64,000 nucleotides of DNA from Eledone cirrhosa. Its lineage: Eukaryota. Of this stretch, positions 36,630-49,888 are shown piece by piece. How positions within the stretch are numbered: position 1 is the first letter of the stretch; the number at the start of each line of letters is the position of its first letter. Below the pieces are notes generated by a model. It was not told the origin of the DNA. It searched no databases and saw nothing but the letters and a program-made list of their open reading frames with translations. The position numbers and the translations under genes were made by a program. The stretch lies in assembly GCA_964016885.1 (NCBI GenBank), contig OZ024742.1, positions 58,156,001-58,220,000 on the forward strand. The letters run 5' to 3'.

Positions 36630-39600
36630 TGTAGCAAGAGTTGTCTCCCTTGTCAAGACAATCACATCACCGCTCTCTAGACAGGAAGTAGCTGGAGTTA
36701 CTTTCCGTTGGGGTGATAGAACCCTTTTGTCACTTCCGACCAGACCCTATAAAAGGGACAGGTCAGGGCGATCTCTCTCTCGCCTCCTGAATCCCAAAGT
36801 GTTAACAACACCTGCGACCTTGTCATGAGATGATTCCTCTCTCATAATCCTTCGCCACTCAAGAAGAATGCCACCAGCAGCCTAAGATGTTAACACCTCC
36901 AAGAGAAGATCTGTGTTCTTCTCCACACACTTCAGCCTAGGGTAATGATTTATTTATATTAATCCCTTTGACTTCTGTGAAGTAAAAACCTTGTCACAAC
37001 ACACCGGCATTTATTGTCATTTCTGATAATGCATATATGTACACCGATACTAATCTCCTAAAGTGGTGACCCCCGACGTGATTAAAAAAAATAATTAAAA
37101 AATGGGAAATAGTATAAGGTGTATATTAAAAAAAAAGAGAAGAAAAAAGAAAAAAAAATTTTAATACAAAACGAACACCTACAGTTATTGACACACAAAC
37201 AAACAGCAATTGTATGAATGTTTTTGCCTTTTTTTTCTCTCCCTTTCTGCTCTTCTCTGGCTAAAAATTTTGAGGATGACAAGATGGAGGCTTTCTTCTC
37301 CATCATTAATGTTTTTAGCGCGAAATAGTCCACCATGTTGGATTTTGTTTTAAGTTCCTTGCCCTTACCTTAATAATAACATCATTCAGTTAGTCGCTTT
37401 TTTGCATATTGTCCCGAATGCATTATTTTTCCGGTCCAGTGGTTTGACAGAAAAATAAGCGATTGTTTTCCTTTTCTGTTGTGTTGGAGACATTTTTCCA
37501 AACGGAGACGATTATTTTTTTTTTTTTGTTCTTGGTAAATTACCTACGGTATAGCAATGGCTTCTCACTCTGTTCTGCCAACGTACACGGGCGACGTAAG
37601 GCTATGTTTCGCCCAACTCGAAACATTTTTCAAGGCGAACAGAGTTGACGAGGAACTACAACATCCTCTGGTCCTTAGTGCAATTCCGGCAATTCTCCCA
37701 GCAATTAAGGACCTGGTGTTAGAGACACCCACAGACTCAACGTACACGTCTCTGAAGGCTGAAATACTTAGCCGGACAGAACAGTCTGCAGAAAAAAGGT
37801 TTAGGGTTTTGGTCCATCTGGAGCATATAGGGGATGGCACCCCATCGAACCTCCTAAGGTGAATGAAGGACCTAACGGAGGGGTCGGTAGCGGAAACTGC
37901 CCTGCTGAAGCAGTTGTTCTTCTAGTGCCTGCCGACCAACGTACAGGCAATTTTGGCCCCCATGAGGGATACAAGCACGGTGAATCAGCTTGCCGCCTCT
38001 GCGGACAAAGATTTCGAGGTGACGAGTGCCGGAGGCAGCGAACCCCTTGCTGCTGTTCACCACCCAGCTCGGCCCACACTCGACCATACCATCTACGCGG
38101 CAGCACCAATAGACAGCTCAACCATTATGGCGATGCGAAAGTCCATTCAGGAACTCACCATAGAGCTCCACAAGATGAAGGCCTTGTGTGGTGCCCGTCC
38201 GGGCCCCCGCAGTCGCGAGAGATCGCAAAGTTTTAGACGTCGTTCAAAATCACCAGCTTCGTCTTTATGCTGGTACCATGAGCGATTTGCTGAGAGCGCG
38301 AATAACTGCGTACAACCTTGCTCCTTTCATAAGGCGGGAAACGCCTAAGAGGTTCGCTGATGGGGACAGTTGACCTCAACATAAAGCCACCAAACCGCCA
38401 TTTCTTCATTAAGGACCTAATGTCGGGAAGAGGTTTCCTCGTGGATACAGGAGCCTCCTGTAGTATTTGGCCGGTCCATTGCCTGAAAGATACCCCCATA
38501 GAGTCATCTGTTACGCTGCAGGCAGTTAACCACTCATCTATAAAGACGTACGGGCAAGTCTCGCTTCCTCTCAAATTCCTAAATCTTCGTAGGGATTTTA
38601 GGTGGATTTTTACGGTTGCCGATTTGCCATACCCCATCTTAGGAGCGGATTTCCTACACAACTTCTCTTTGACTGTGGACGTCCGTGGCCAACGCCTGGT
38701 GGATAACATCACCGGTTTTTCAATTCATGGCCAGGAAGCCAATGCTCAAATAGTCAGCCCCATATTCTTCATCGCTGCCGCTGGAGACACCTACCATTCA
38801 TTGCTGGGTTCTTTCCTGGAGCTCACGGATGGAAATTTTCGAGTCACTGAGCCAACACACTTAACCGAACATTTCGTTTCCACCGCCGGTGCTCCAGTGT
38901 TTTCGCGTCCACGCCGCTTACCGACGGAAAAATTAAAGGCAGCACGGTCCGAGTTCGACCATATGCTGCAGCTGGGCATTATTCGCCCATCTACGAGTCC
39001 TTGGGCTTCACCGTTACACATGGTGCCCAAGACTTCCGGCGACTGGAGATCCACTGGGGATTATAGGAGCTTAAATGCCATGACCGTCCCGGATAGGTAT
39101 CCCATTCCCCATCTCCAGGATTTTGCATCTTCACTGCAGGGTGTAAGATTTTTTCAAAGCTAGATTTAGTGCGAGCCTACCACCAAATTCCGGTCAGGAA
39201 GGAGGATATTCTGAAAACGGAGATTACAACCCCTTTTGGATCCTTCGAATTTTTTACCATGCCTTTTGGACTCAGGAACGCCGCTAGCACTTTTCAGCAG
39301 TTCATAGATGAGGTCACTCGTGGTCTGGACTTCGTTTATGCTTACATAGACAATATTCTCGTCACTAGTTCCTCTCCGGAAGAGCATATGCGCCACATGC
39401 ATCTCTTATTTCAGCGACTTCAGGATTACCGCGGTCAGGGCGATCTCTCTCTCTCGCCTCCTGAATCCCAAAATGTTAACAACACCTGTGACCTTGTCAT
39501 GAGATGATTCCTCTCTCATAATCCTTCGCCACTCAAGAAGAATGCCACCGGCAGCCTAAGAAGACGTTAACACCTCCAAGAGAAGATCTCTGTTCTTCTC

Positions 39601-39756
39601 CACACACTTCAGCCTAGGAGTTGTGACCCACGGGTAATGATTTATTTATATTAATCCCTTTGACTTCTGTGAAGTAAAAACCTTGTCACAACACACACCG
39701 GCATTTATTGTCATTTCTGATAATGCATATATGTACACTGATACTAATCTCCTAAA
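36630..39756 (+). mobile_element. Ty3/gypsy LTR retrotransposon, CsRn1-like, internally deleted
   Basis: 5' LTR 36630-37062, truncated 3' LTR 39433-39756, and TSD CCTT (36626-29 and 39757-60). gag with CWYH-x9-C-x3-C motif, protease [28 protein letters not shown]. Confidence 0.93.
37064..37082 (+). promoter_or_regulatory. Primer-binding site complementary to tRNA-Trp
   Basis: TGGTGACCCCCGACGTGAT matches the complement of the tRNA-Trp 3' end with one extra C. Confidence 0.9.
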
Positions 39757-40778
39757 CCTTCTTTCACCGAAGATGCGGGGTTGTTGTTATTGTCACTGTT
39801 GCTGTCGTTGCCTTCCTCTTGTTAATGGTAGTGATAATTGTTGGTGCTACCTATTTCGGCTGTCAAGTTGGCTGCTGAATCAACTTCTGTGAGTGAAGCT
39901 CCTAAGGTATTCTTTGACCGAAGATGCGGGGTCATTGGCTTTCTGCATTTTCAAATTTGGTGAAATTCTAATAAATTTTACACAACTTATTTCTTCTCAA
40001 AAGCGACTTGCCCCATACACATACATTATAATTTCTACCAATTCGCAGCACAACGGTATATAAATGTTCTTTTTTTCGTTCTTCTTTCTTCTCGTATATT
40101 TTGGTGCATTATATTTGTGAGGTTCCTATCAGTGGTTAATTGTATTTATTATTTGTGGTTATATTTCCATTCTAGGATGTATTCAATCATTACAGCACAT
40201 TCTGCTTCCCAGCATCTTGTATTAAACTGGGAATTAAAATATTTGGAACAAAAGAATATTTTTCTATTGAGTATTCAGATAATCCAAGTCATCAATGTAG
40301 AGTAAACAAATCTTAAATAGAGCTCGAAGCAGATGTTACGTTAAGAGAACATTCGGACAGAATAGATATGGATAGAATCTAGTAGATTTAAGAATATATT
40401 AGAACTGATGAAGCAACGTGGTAAATGTTTAGGATAAACGTTCATTATAAACTAACCTTAATCTTTTTAACTCATGTGAGGCTGCCGCGAGATAGGAGGG
40501 GGGGGGGCGGTTTGAGCTGCCGTGGGAAGGGGATTGCCGAAAGCTGGAGGACGGGGGCAACTTGAGGGACCAGGCATACGCCCTGCAAGGTGATGGACAT
40601 GCGAAGACAGACGCAAGTGGAAAGTACCCACACGTGGACCAAAGAGACGCAAGGTAAGTCCGAATGCCTCCGGCTACAAGCTATTTTGGTGCTTAATGAA
40701 ATTTCCCATCTTTCGGCATTATTATTCCGGCACAGCAGCTCTTTAGTTAAGCTTTTAAAAAAAAAAGAAAAAAAAAAT

Positions 40779-41680
40779 TTAGGTGGGGAGGGGTTGGGTG
40801 GGACTGTGTTTGCAGTTTCGTTTGTTTTTGTTATTTTTGTGTTGTTGTTGTGGTGGTAGTTGTGTTGTTGTGTTAGGTGTCGGCAGTAGTGCCTTTTTTT
40901 TTAATGCAGTTAATTGAGGACAGGAAGCCCTCAGGTGACCACTGCTTAAACACTGGTAACATGAAGGCCGCCTACCCTCAACAGAAATGTTTATGTAGGA
41001 ATTTCCATTCAGAGGCACACGTGGTATTCTAGCTATCCGTTCTGGTTTCATTTGGACTAGAACTTCTAAGCTTGTACCATTGAATATGCCCCTGGAGGAC
41101 TTTCCTACCGAAATTACTGTATCTTCATCAAAATTGATGAAACCAGCTAAAATCCACCAGATGTTTACATTTGGTGTGATATTTGTTACTCTTATTTTTG
41201 GGGTTCTTTTTCCCATATATGTGGGGAAAAAGGTGTAAAGGGGGGACACAATTGGCGACACAGAATATTTTTGTGCCGTCAATTGGTCTTTTATTAGCAC
41301 CGAAATGCTTCCAAAAAGTTTACCTTTTTGAAAAAGGCAATATCCTTCATTGAATATTTCAGAACCAGTACAATTTCGTTTTGAGATAATTGGACTGGTT
41401 TTTTAGACACATTTGAAACTGTCCTAAAAATTATTGTTTTTAGGATAGTTTCTCTACGTAACTGTTGAGGAGAAGTGATGCTGAAAGCACCACTCTCACC
41501 AAAAGTTGCATACTGCTTTGCATCACTTAACAGCTCCCTAGCATTGGAAATGTCAAGGTATGTAAACAGTTCCGTCCTTTGGACGGTTTGTGCGAAGGAA
41601 GTCTTTTCCTTGTTTGTGGAGTTGTGCGTATTGCTGTTGTTATTGGATAGATAGCTGGCTATGGTTAGTTATGTTTTAAG
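40779..41680 (-). pseudogene. Tx1 ORF1 fragment (same family as copies B and D)
   Basis: FFPTYMGKRT, WWILAGFINFD and EGRRPSCYQCLSSGHLRASCP. Confidence 0.88.
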
Positions 41681-41689
41681 TGCGCTTAC

Positions 41690-42901
41690 ACTTCTGCTAC
41701 GCTGCTAAGTGGTGACCGCACGGCCCATTCGTCTTTCAAACTCCCTTTGGACCTGTCCAAGAAAGAGAAGGCAACTTGCAACATCAGTTGTGGCTCTATT
41801 AAGAGGCAAACTACACAGTGAGTGCAAGCTGATCATCTGGGATGAGGCGACTATAAGCCATAAGGGGGCTTTTGAGGCTCTTGACAGGGTATTGCAAGAT
41901 GAGGCACAACACGCGGCTCATGGGAGGTGGAACAGTCCTGCTTGCTGGAGACTTCAGACAAACACTTCCGGTGATTCCAAAGGGAACAAGAGCTGACGAG
42001 GTAAATGCCAGCAAAAAGTCTTCCTACCTGTGGAGCAGTGTGACTAAGTTAAAACTCCAAACGAACAGCTCAGTGGTGATGAGGAAGCTGAAACTTTCTC
42101 CAGGCAGCTGATGGACGTAGGAAACGGCAGTCTGGTTGTTGGACAAAATGGCCAGGTCAGTTTACCTTTTGGAAACATGGTTTCCGATATGCATGACTTA
42201 TTGTCTAAAGTGTATCCAAACCTGGGGATTCAGTTCAAAGACCTCACCTGTCTGAGAAAACGAGCCATCTTAGCGCCAAAAAATGCTGCAGTGGATGACT
42301 TGAACATCACACTCCTAGAGCAGCTGCCAGGTGAGCGTCGCAGCTACAAATCATTTGACACTGTACTTAACCCGGATGAAGCTGTGCACTACCCCATCAA
42401 ATTTTTGAACAGCCTGACACCAGCAGACCTCCCACCTCACAACTTGCACCTCAAAATTGCAAAATTTCACCAATTATGCTTTTAAGGAACCTGGACCCAA
42501 CCAAACAGTGCAATGGGACACGACTTATGATCAAGGGGATGATGCCAAGAGTCCTAGAGGCGACCATTTTGACTGGCAAAGCTAGTGGTGAAGTTGTCTT
42601 CATACCGCGTATTCCTCTGGTCCCATCTGATGTGCCATTTGAGTTCAAGCGCCTACAATTTCCAGTGAAACTGAACTTTGCAATGACCATAAACAAGGCA
42701 CAGGGTCAGTCCTTGGAGGTAGTTGGCCTAAACTTTGCCGAACCTGTTTTTTACCACGGACAGCTGTATGTACATTGTTCCTGGCAAAGGTTGCTATTGA
42801 AAATCCAGTTTTGGCACCCAGGGTCGCTAACATTTTCAGGTGCACTCTGAGAACTGCAAATAACCCAATCTTTCCCGGGTATTACTGGGTACTGCAGCTA
42901 G
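41690..42901 (+). mobile_element. Helitron PIF1 helicase remnant with intact 3' terminus
   Basis: KLIIWDEA, LAGDFRQTLPV, ILAPKN, CNGTRL, QFPVKLNFAMTINKAQGQS and HGQLYV. Ends in the hairpin cccgggtattactggg followed by CTAG|T (42898-42901). Confidence 0.92.
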
Positions 42902-42919
42902 TATATACATATATATAAA

Positions 42920-43713
42920 CAAACTAGAGAGGCAGTTTAGAAATATAAGATTTAAAATTTTAAACTCCAAACTACACCTGCTGAAACAGCAACTCACAGC
43001 TTCAGTGGAAAGACTGAAATATAAATCAACAGCACAAACGGCAAGAGCTAAATAGATTACTTGCCAAAGATCCTAAATCAGTCTATTGCAGCTTCAATAA
43101 GAAAGGCTCAATCTCTGTAAATGAGACCACTACAAAAGAACAGGTTGAGAGCTACTTGAGATCTGTATAGGAAACAAACGACAAATTTGACAAACGAGCT
43201 ATATGGTTAAAAGAACTGAAATAGGAGAACTGCCAACAATATGAAATAGATGGTTCAATACTGGAAAAGGCTCTACAGAAAATGCTGAATAGGAAATTAC
43301 CAGGCCGAGACCTCATAACAGGTTACTGGCTGAAGAATTTCACCTATCGGCAAGATCTCATGCGCCCACATAGAGAAAGAATCAAAGGCACACAAGAACT
43401 ACCCCAATGGTTATCAACTGCCTCTACTCTCCTCATCCCCCAAAATAGCCAAACCACCCTTGCTAAAAATTACTGCCCAATAGCCTGCCAGAACATCATG
43501 TACAAATTATATACTGGGTGCCTTAATCTGTTCTTGCAGGAACATTGTGCCACGAACAATATTATAACATCTGAGCAAGCTGATGGAAAGAAGGTGGTAT
43601 GGGGCTGCATAGATCAGCTACTAATTAATAAAATGATACAGGAAAAAATAGTGAAGAATCGCAGGAACGTGACTGTAGTGTGGCTGGACTATCAGAAGGC
43701 TTTTGATAGTGTA
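42920..43713 (+). pseudogene. N-terminal RT half of an R4/Dong/NeSL-type (RLE) non-LTR element
   Basis: PGRDLITGYWLK, NYCPIACQNIMYKL, GCIDQLLI and WLDYQKAFDSV, then an abrupt end. Confidence 0.85.
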
Positions 43714-44085
43714 TGTAGTGAGTAGCGACATCTGTACTTGGGGAACTAAACTAATTGGAGTTACTTGCCCGTGGCCAGAATAAGGGAGTGTTCTGACGCC
43801 ACTCGATCCCTCTCTCTCTTTCGGTCCAGCTTCTCCGAGCTGCACACATCTGCTGGGGACCTCTACCATAAGGCTCAGCTCAGATGCATTTCAATCCTTC
43901 TCGTAAGGATTAAGAATAACAAGTCACAGGTATGTTCTTTAATCATTGTAACACACACACAAGCACACAAATAAAGAGTAAAACTACTTTTATACACTGT
44001 TGAGAAAACTTATCATTATTATTATTATCATGTTTGAATTACCACCAGCTAACCAGATGAGTGAACTATATTCATGTATATTACA
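43714..44085 (+). repeat. Probable gypsy LTR fragment (right boundary uncertain)
   Basis: Starts TGTAGTG exactly at the RT break. Shares taattggagttac with the LTR at 62743 and contains AATAAA. Confidence 0.5.
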
Positions 44086-44187
44086 TTTCCTGTCTGCATC
44101 GCATCATCTTGATTCCTGCCTTCCTTATGTATTCTTGTATTCCTGCCTTCTTTCATATTATATAATTTAACATTTAGTATTCCAGAC

Positions 44188-47100
44188 TCATCATCATCAT
44201 CACCGTTTTACGTCCGTTCTTCCACGCTAGCATGGGTTAGACGGGTTGTCCTGTTGTGGGCAGTGTCTGGTCGGCTGACCATGCCTTGCTCATACAGGAA
44301 CTGATTTGGCTTGATTTCTACAGCTGGATGCCCTTCCTAACACAACCTCATTTACAGTGAGTGCTGGGTGCTTTTTCGTGGCGCCTACACGTCCACTTTA
44401 CAGTGTGGGCTGGGTGCTTTTTTGCCGTGGCACCTCCACGACCACCTTGCGGTGGGGGGGGGGGGGGGGGAGCATATTGTTTATATGCTTCAGCTTGTAC
44501 CCATGGGAGGTCGGGTACTCTGTATTACTGCGTGACGCCAGAAGTCATGGTCGTGTGTCATTGACTTTGAGAGGTGTAATTGGGTAAGGTCGGCTTTTAT
44601 CACCTGATCCCAGGTCATCTTGGGTCTCCCCACTCTGCGGTTTCCATCAACTTCTAGTGCTCTGCACCTTTTTATGCAGCTGTCATCCTTCATATGCATC
44701 ACATGTCCATACCAGCGCAACCGCCTCTCCTGCACACAGCATTTGATTCCTCTTATGCTCAGTCTCTCTCTCAATTCATTTATGCTTTGTCGTTCACGTA
44801 TATTACTGTTACACATCCATCAGAGCATGCAGGCTTCGTTTCTCTCTAATCTACGTAAGTCTTCCACCTTCAGCGCCCAGGTCTCACTACCATGCAACAT
44901 TGCTGTTCAGATACACGCATCATACAGTCTGCCTTTCATTCTGAGGGAGAAGCCTTTTGCAGCTAGCAATGGTAGTAGTTCTCTAAACTTCTTCCATTCC
45001 GTTCTTACCCTAGTTATTGTACCTTCTGAACACCCACCTCCGCTGCTAATTCGGTCACCTAGGTAGCAGAAGCTGTCTACTGTTTCTACAGAGCCCTCCC
45101 AGAGATTGGTGGTACTTGTTTCCTGTGGCTGTTTGCTGCTTGCTGTCTCAGCACAGCTGCTGCATGTGAAGCCTACATTCTTAATTAAGCTTCCTGAGAT
45201 CCCGCTACATCTCGTGTACCCATTGTTTGCATTTGGGGCAGAGAACGGAGTTCCTACCTACACCTTTCCTACATACTGAGCAAGGCCATTTCCCTGAGGG
45301 GATCTGGGTTCTGTTTTCTCGTCTACTTACAAGGACCTTAGTCTTTGTCATGTTGACTTTGAGACCCTTTCTTTCTAGTCCCTGCTTCCAAGTTTGGAAT
45401 GTATTCTCTAGTTCTACCATAGATTCAGCTATGAATGCGAGGTCATCAGCATACAGGAGTTCCCATGGGTATCCGGTCTTAAACTCCTCCGTTATTGCCT
45501 GCAGGACTATGATGAACAGGAGGGGGCTAAGAACAGAGCCCTGGTGGACCCCAACCTGTACGCTAAATTCCTCGCTATACTCATTGCTGACTGCTCCCCT
45601 ATACATGGCTTGTACCGCTTTCACAAGCCATTCATCTACTCCTAGTTTTCTAAGAGCCCACCAGATTACAGCACGTGGAACTCTGTCAAAGGCTTTCTCA
45701 AGGTCGACAAATGCCAAGTAGAGTGGCTTACTTTTAGCTAGGCACTTTTCCTGTAATTGCCTCACAAGGAAGAGGGCATCAGTGGTGCCTCTTCCTGGTA
45801 CAAACCCAAATTGCATCTCGTCAATTTCCACCCGGTCCCTAATCAACTGTGCTATAACTCTTTCTGTTACTTTCATGACCTGGTCCATCAACTTTATACC
45901 TCTATAGTTTCCTCTATATAGTGCATCGCCTTTACCTTTGTAGCAGTTGACAATGATGCTACTGTACCAATCTTTTGGTATGACACCTTCTAGTATTACC
46001 TGGTTAACAATACGTGTGGTTATAGTGTGACCTACAGACCCAGATGCCTTCAGCATCTCGGCAGCTATACCCGATGGACCGGTTGCCTTCCCCATCTTCA
46101 TATCTTTGATTGCCATACTTACTACGTTGCTGCTGACTTGTACTGCTGGCCCTTCTATAGGGTCTACTTGGGGTAGGGTCTCTTTTTCCCATGCATTCTC
46201 CTCATTTAGTAATCTATCATAATGACTCTTCCATGCATCTTTCTTCTCAGCACTTGTGAGGGCAAGCTCACCTTTATCATTCCGGATACACTTCTCTCCA
46301 ATGACATCACAATTCTCTCTGACACACTGCCTCGCAATCTTGAATACCTCCTGTTTCTGGTCCTCACGTTGCAAAACATGCTTGAATTTTCTATCCTCTG
46401 CTTCCCTCCTAGCTAAGTATACTTGTTGCCTAGCTTCCCTCTTGGTCTCTATGTAATGTACCCTGCTCCCCCCGTTCTTCCATTCTTTCCATGCCTGTCT
46501 CTTGGCCTTAACTGCTTCATCTACCTTATTGTTCCACGACCAAGTCACTCTCCTCCTGCTTGAGGTCTTACTCCAGCCACAGACCTCATCTGTCGCCTCT
46601 AGTAAATTATTTTTTAGGAACTCCCAGTTCTCTTCTACATTAAATGTCTTTATCTGTTCTTCTTTACTGTCGTAGGCGTTGAGTAAAATATCTTTAAATC
46701 TGTTACTGGTTGAGGGGACTTTCAGCTTCCAGATCTTTCTTCTCCAGGTTGGCCTCTGTTTCCAGGTTCGTCTAGTTCTGACCGTGAGGTCGCTGACAAC
46801 TAAGCTACGTTGGGATGTACATTCCTCACTAGGGAAGGCTTTTGTGTTTACGACCGTCCATCTGTCACGTCCTCTGATGAGGATAAAATCTATCTGACTG
46901 GAGTGCTCCCCTGATCTATAGGTGATCAGGTGGTTGTCAGGTTTTTTGAAGTTTGTGTTACATATCAACATGTCATTGGCGTCGCAGAATTCTAGAAGTC
47001 TGAATCCTTCCTCATTTCTTGTGCCAACCCCATGGCCTCCATGTACTTTATTGAAGCCGTCGCAGTGTTTACCTACATGTCCGTTAAAATCTCCCGCGAT

Positions 47101-47362
47101 GATTAGGAAGTCATTGTCGTCTGTTAGAGCAGTAGTGTGCATTAGGGACTCGTAAAACCTATCCTTAAGTTCGTCTGGCAGCCCCGATTGGGGTGCGTAA
47201 GCTGATATTATTGTGGTAATTGTTTTATTCAGGACTAGTCTGAGTTTAATGATTCTTGCATTTACCCTGTACACTGAGATTACTTTATCTACCCACTTGT
47301 CAGATAGTAGTATACCTACACCACCCATCCCATTGTCATTTCCCACCCAGAAAAATTTGTAG
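44188..47362 (-). mobile_element. RTE-clade LINE, near full-length ORF2 (EN-RT-PHD-like insert), frameshifted
   Basis: 726-aa ORF 45205-47385 (AYAPQ, GDFNGHVG, NYRGIKL, QFGF, DLEKAFD, GVHQGS, YADD, PCSVCRKGVG). C-terminus RRLRWYGHV/GRPK and a (GAT)n tail. Confidence 0.92.
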
Positions 47363-47409
47363 CACTCACTTGGACATAAACCCAAATCCCTTTATCCCAT
47401 TCGCTAAAG

Positions 47410-47437
47410 TGTTGAACCCGACGTGATTGAACACGCA
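47410..47437 (+). promoter_or_regulatory. Extended tRNA-Trp primer-binding site after an LTR end (...GCTAAA)
   Basis: TGTTGAACCCGACGTGATTGAACACGCA compared with the tRNA-Trp complement TGGTGACCCCGACGTGATTTGAACACGCA. Confidence 0.75.
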
Positions 47438-48099
47438 GCAAAAACAAACCACCATCGCTAAAAATGGTGACCGATGCTATTAAATTCGCAACCCGAAAGA
47501 ATAAAAAAATAAGGAACAAGCAGACGTAAACACAGACACCAAACACATGGTGAACTTTTCGTTGGGACACATTTTCTTCCACCTAACGTGGCATTCCGGA
47601 CAAAAAAAAAATTTCTCAGCATCTAGGACACAAATTTGCTCCGACAAACAAAAAAAAAACAGTTTCTCCAACGAACAATAACATTTTCCTACACCTCGTG
47701 TGTTGTATCACCTAAATGTGTCTCACTCACTGGATATATATTTCGTTACATCTTTCAACGAACACTGAAAAAACAAAAAATTGGACTCTTGCAATTTTTT
47801 CAACATATTTCTTTTGTTCAACTAAGCCTTTTCCTTCTTCTTCATCACATTCACAGTGAAAATCAATATGGCCAACAGCTACCTCTTCTTTCATTTTCGG
47901 TAGCCATCTTGTCTCTTTCGTAATTTTCCGCGCAAAAGAAATTTTTTCAACTTCAATTTTACCTTGTACTAGCACGTGTGTAGTGCACAATCTCGACTCA
48001 CTGAGATCCCACGCTTTGCTATTTCTTTTCAAGGACTTCATCAGCCCAAGCTATTTTTTTGCATTTGCCAGTAAAAAATTTGCGCTGGTAGCAGCGGAC

Positions 48100-49320
48100 T
48101 AGGCGTCAGAAAGAGGGGGGGGGGGTCTTCTTTGCTGTCTTCTGCGGGCAAAAGGCCCTAAGGTGACCCACAGAGATAGCACTTTGGGCACCTTCTTTCC
48201 ACACTTATGGGGAATTGAACTCCTTCGAGGTCTATAACGTCCGAGATAGCCTCAATACACTCCTGGTCAGTTTGGATTAGCATTTGCATTCCAATACCTG
48301 TCCTCGATTCTGGCGAGGACAGACGTGACCAGCCAAGGTATGGGCATATCAGGTGGGACCTGGGCCACTTTGACCCTCACAATCTTCTGCCCACAGTAGG
48401 AGGGCACCAAAACTATCTCCTCACTCTTTAGGGTTACCAAAGAGTGAGACTTCGCTTCTTGAGGGGTGGCAAAAAGTATGTCTACAGTGGCATGCTTTTT
48501 GCTTCGGGTGATGTGGGTTTTGCATGCCCACACGCACCCCAAGGCCTTTTGAATTTGAGCCTCCATGGCTCTCTCCACTTGATGTGCTTTTTTGCTTATT
48601 GTGCGGTATATAATCGTCCGCAGCTGTTGATCTTTGAAAAACTCTGGTTGAGGTTTCAGGGAGACTATAATTCTTTCCTACTCACCATGGCCCTTGCGAT
48701 GGCTATCTCTTCCTCCGAGACTACCACTGTCTCTATATTCTGGGCCACCCCCGCAAAGGAAATGGTCCCTTTTTCAGCAGTACCATTGTTGCTACTGCTG
48801 CTGGGATCGTTGTTACTGTTATTGCTGTTTTTGTTATTGTTGTTGTTTGTTTTTGTTGATACTGTTGCTGTTGGTGATAGTGTTGCTACTGTTATTGTTG
48901 TTGTGGCTGTCATTGTTGTCATTGTTATTGTCTTTCTCAACCATATCGCAGTTATTTTCATTGTTGCAGTTGTTATTGATGGCGTTGTTGTTGGTGTTGT
49001 TTGTGTCAGTACCATGTGGTTCTTTTAAAACTGAAACATCATTAATAACGATATTGCTTTTCTTTTCATTTGTAATATTTTCTTCTTTTGAATTTACTTT
49101 CGCTCGAACGCTGTCTTGTTGAAATATTGACAACGTCTTCCTCTCTCTGTTGTCTTACAGCACTCTCTCTGTTTAGTGTTATCCATATTCCGACAAAAAA
49201 AATTTTCCAGGGAAATTTTAAAGAATACGACATCCCATAACGGGGTGTCATATTATTTTACGGGTGAACCCCCTGTGTTGAGTGGATCACTTCCTCTAAA
49301 CTGTTATCAAGTTTAAGACT
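48100..49320 (-). pseudogene. Tx1 5'UTR + ORF1 fragment (copy-E subfamily)
   Basis: N-rich linker, ISFAGVAQNIE, ATVDILFATPQEA and VRVKVAQV, all homologous to 23035-23900. Confidence 0.82.
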
Positions 49321-49888
49321 TGAATAAAAGGTTAGAAATGGACGAAATAAATGTACACAGTTAAAAAAAACTGGAGCCGATAAGAAGCGTGGCTTCACCT
49401 TCAAAAATATAAACCTCGTCCAGAACATTATAAACATTATAAATATTTAAAACAAAAATTCCCCAACGCAGCGGGTCGCTTACCAAGAAAATATACACCA
49501 TTATTAAGCATAATGTTATTATTATGCTATCATTATTATTATCATCATTAATATTGTATTATTGGTTATCCTAAACGGACGGTAGTCCGTTTAGTAATGT
49601 TGTTGTGGTCGTGTTTTCGTTGGCAATCGTCTGTTTACGACAGTACAGCATGGCTGTACTTTATTTAACTGAGATAAAACTTATATGAGCATGAACAGTA
49701 GATCATTACGCATCTTTTGGCTTAAAAATCTAGAAATTTGGTCCAGCGGGAAAAAGTCTATAATCAAAGTTTGCTGATAAATCTTGTAAAGTGAGTAGTA
49801 AGCGTGACGCTGTGTGCATTTGATGCATCTATGAGAATCGGCCCGAGATAACAAGGGGAGGTAATTACGAGTCTCTCTCTCTCTCTAC

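Noticed and set aside
36400-39960. Imperfect tandem repeat flanking the gypsy element (36520-36625 and 39761-39935)
   Set aside because: It looks like the low-complexity N-terminus of another minus-strand LINE ORF1 that served as the insertion target. There is not enough evidence to classify it.
40467-40760. GC-rich segment with short ORFs
   Set aside because: No recognisable motif or boundary.
47410-47437. tRNA-Trp gene on the minus strand
   Set aside because: Only the 3' third is present and it follows an LTR end, so it is treated as a PBS.
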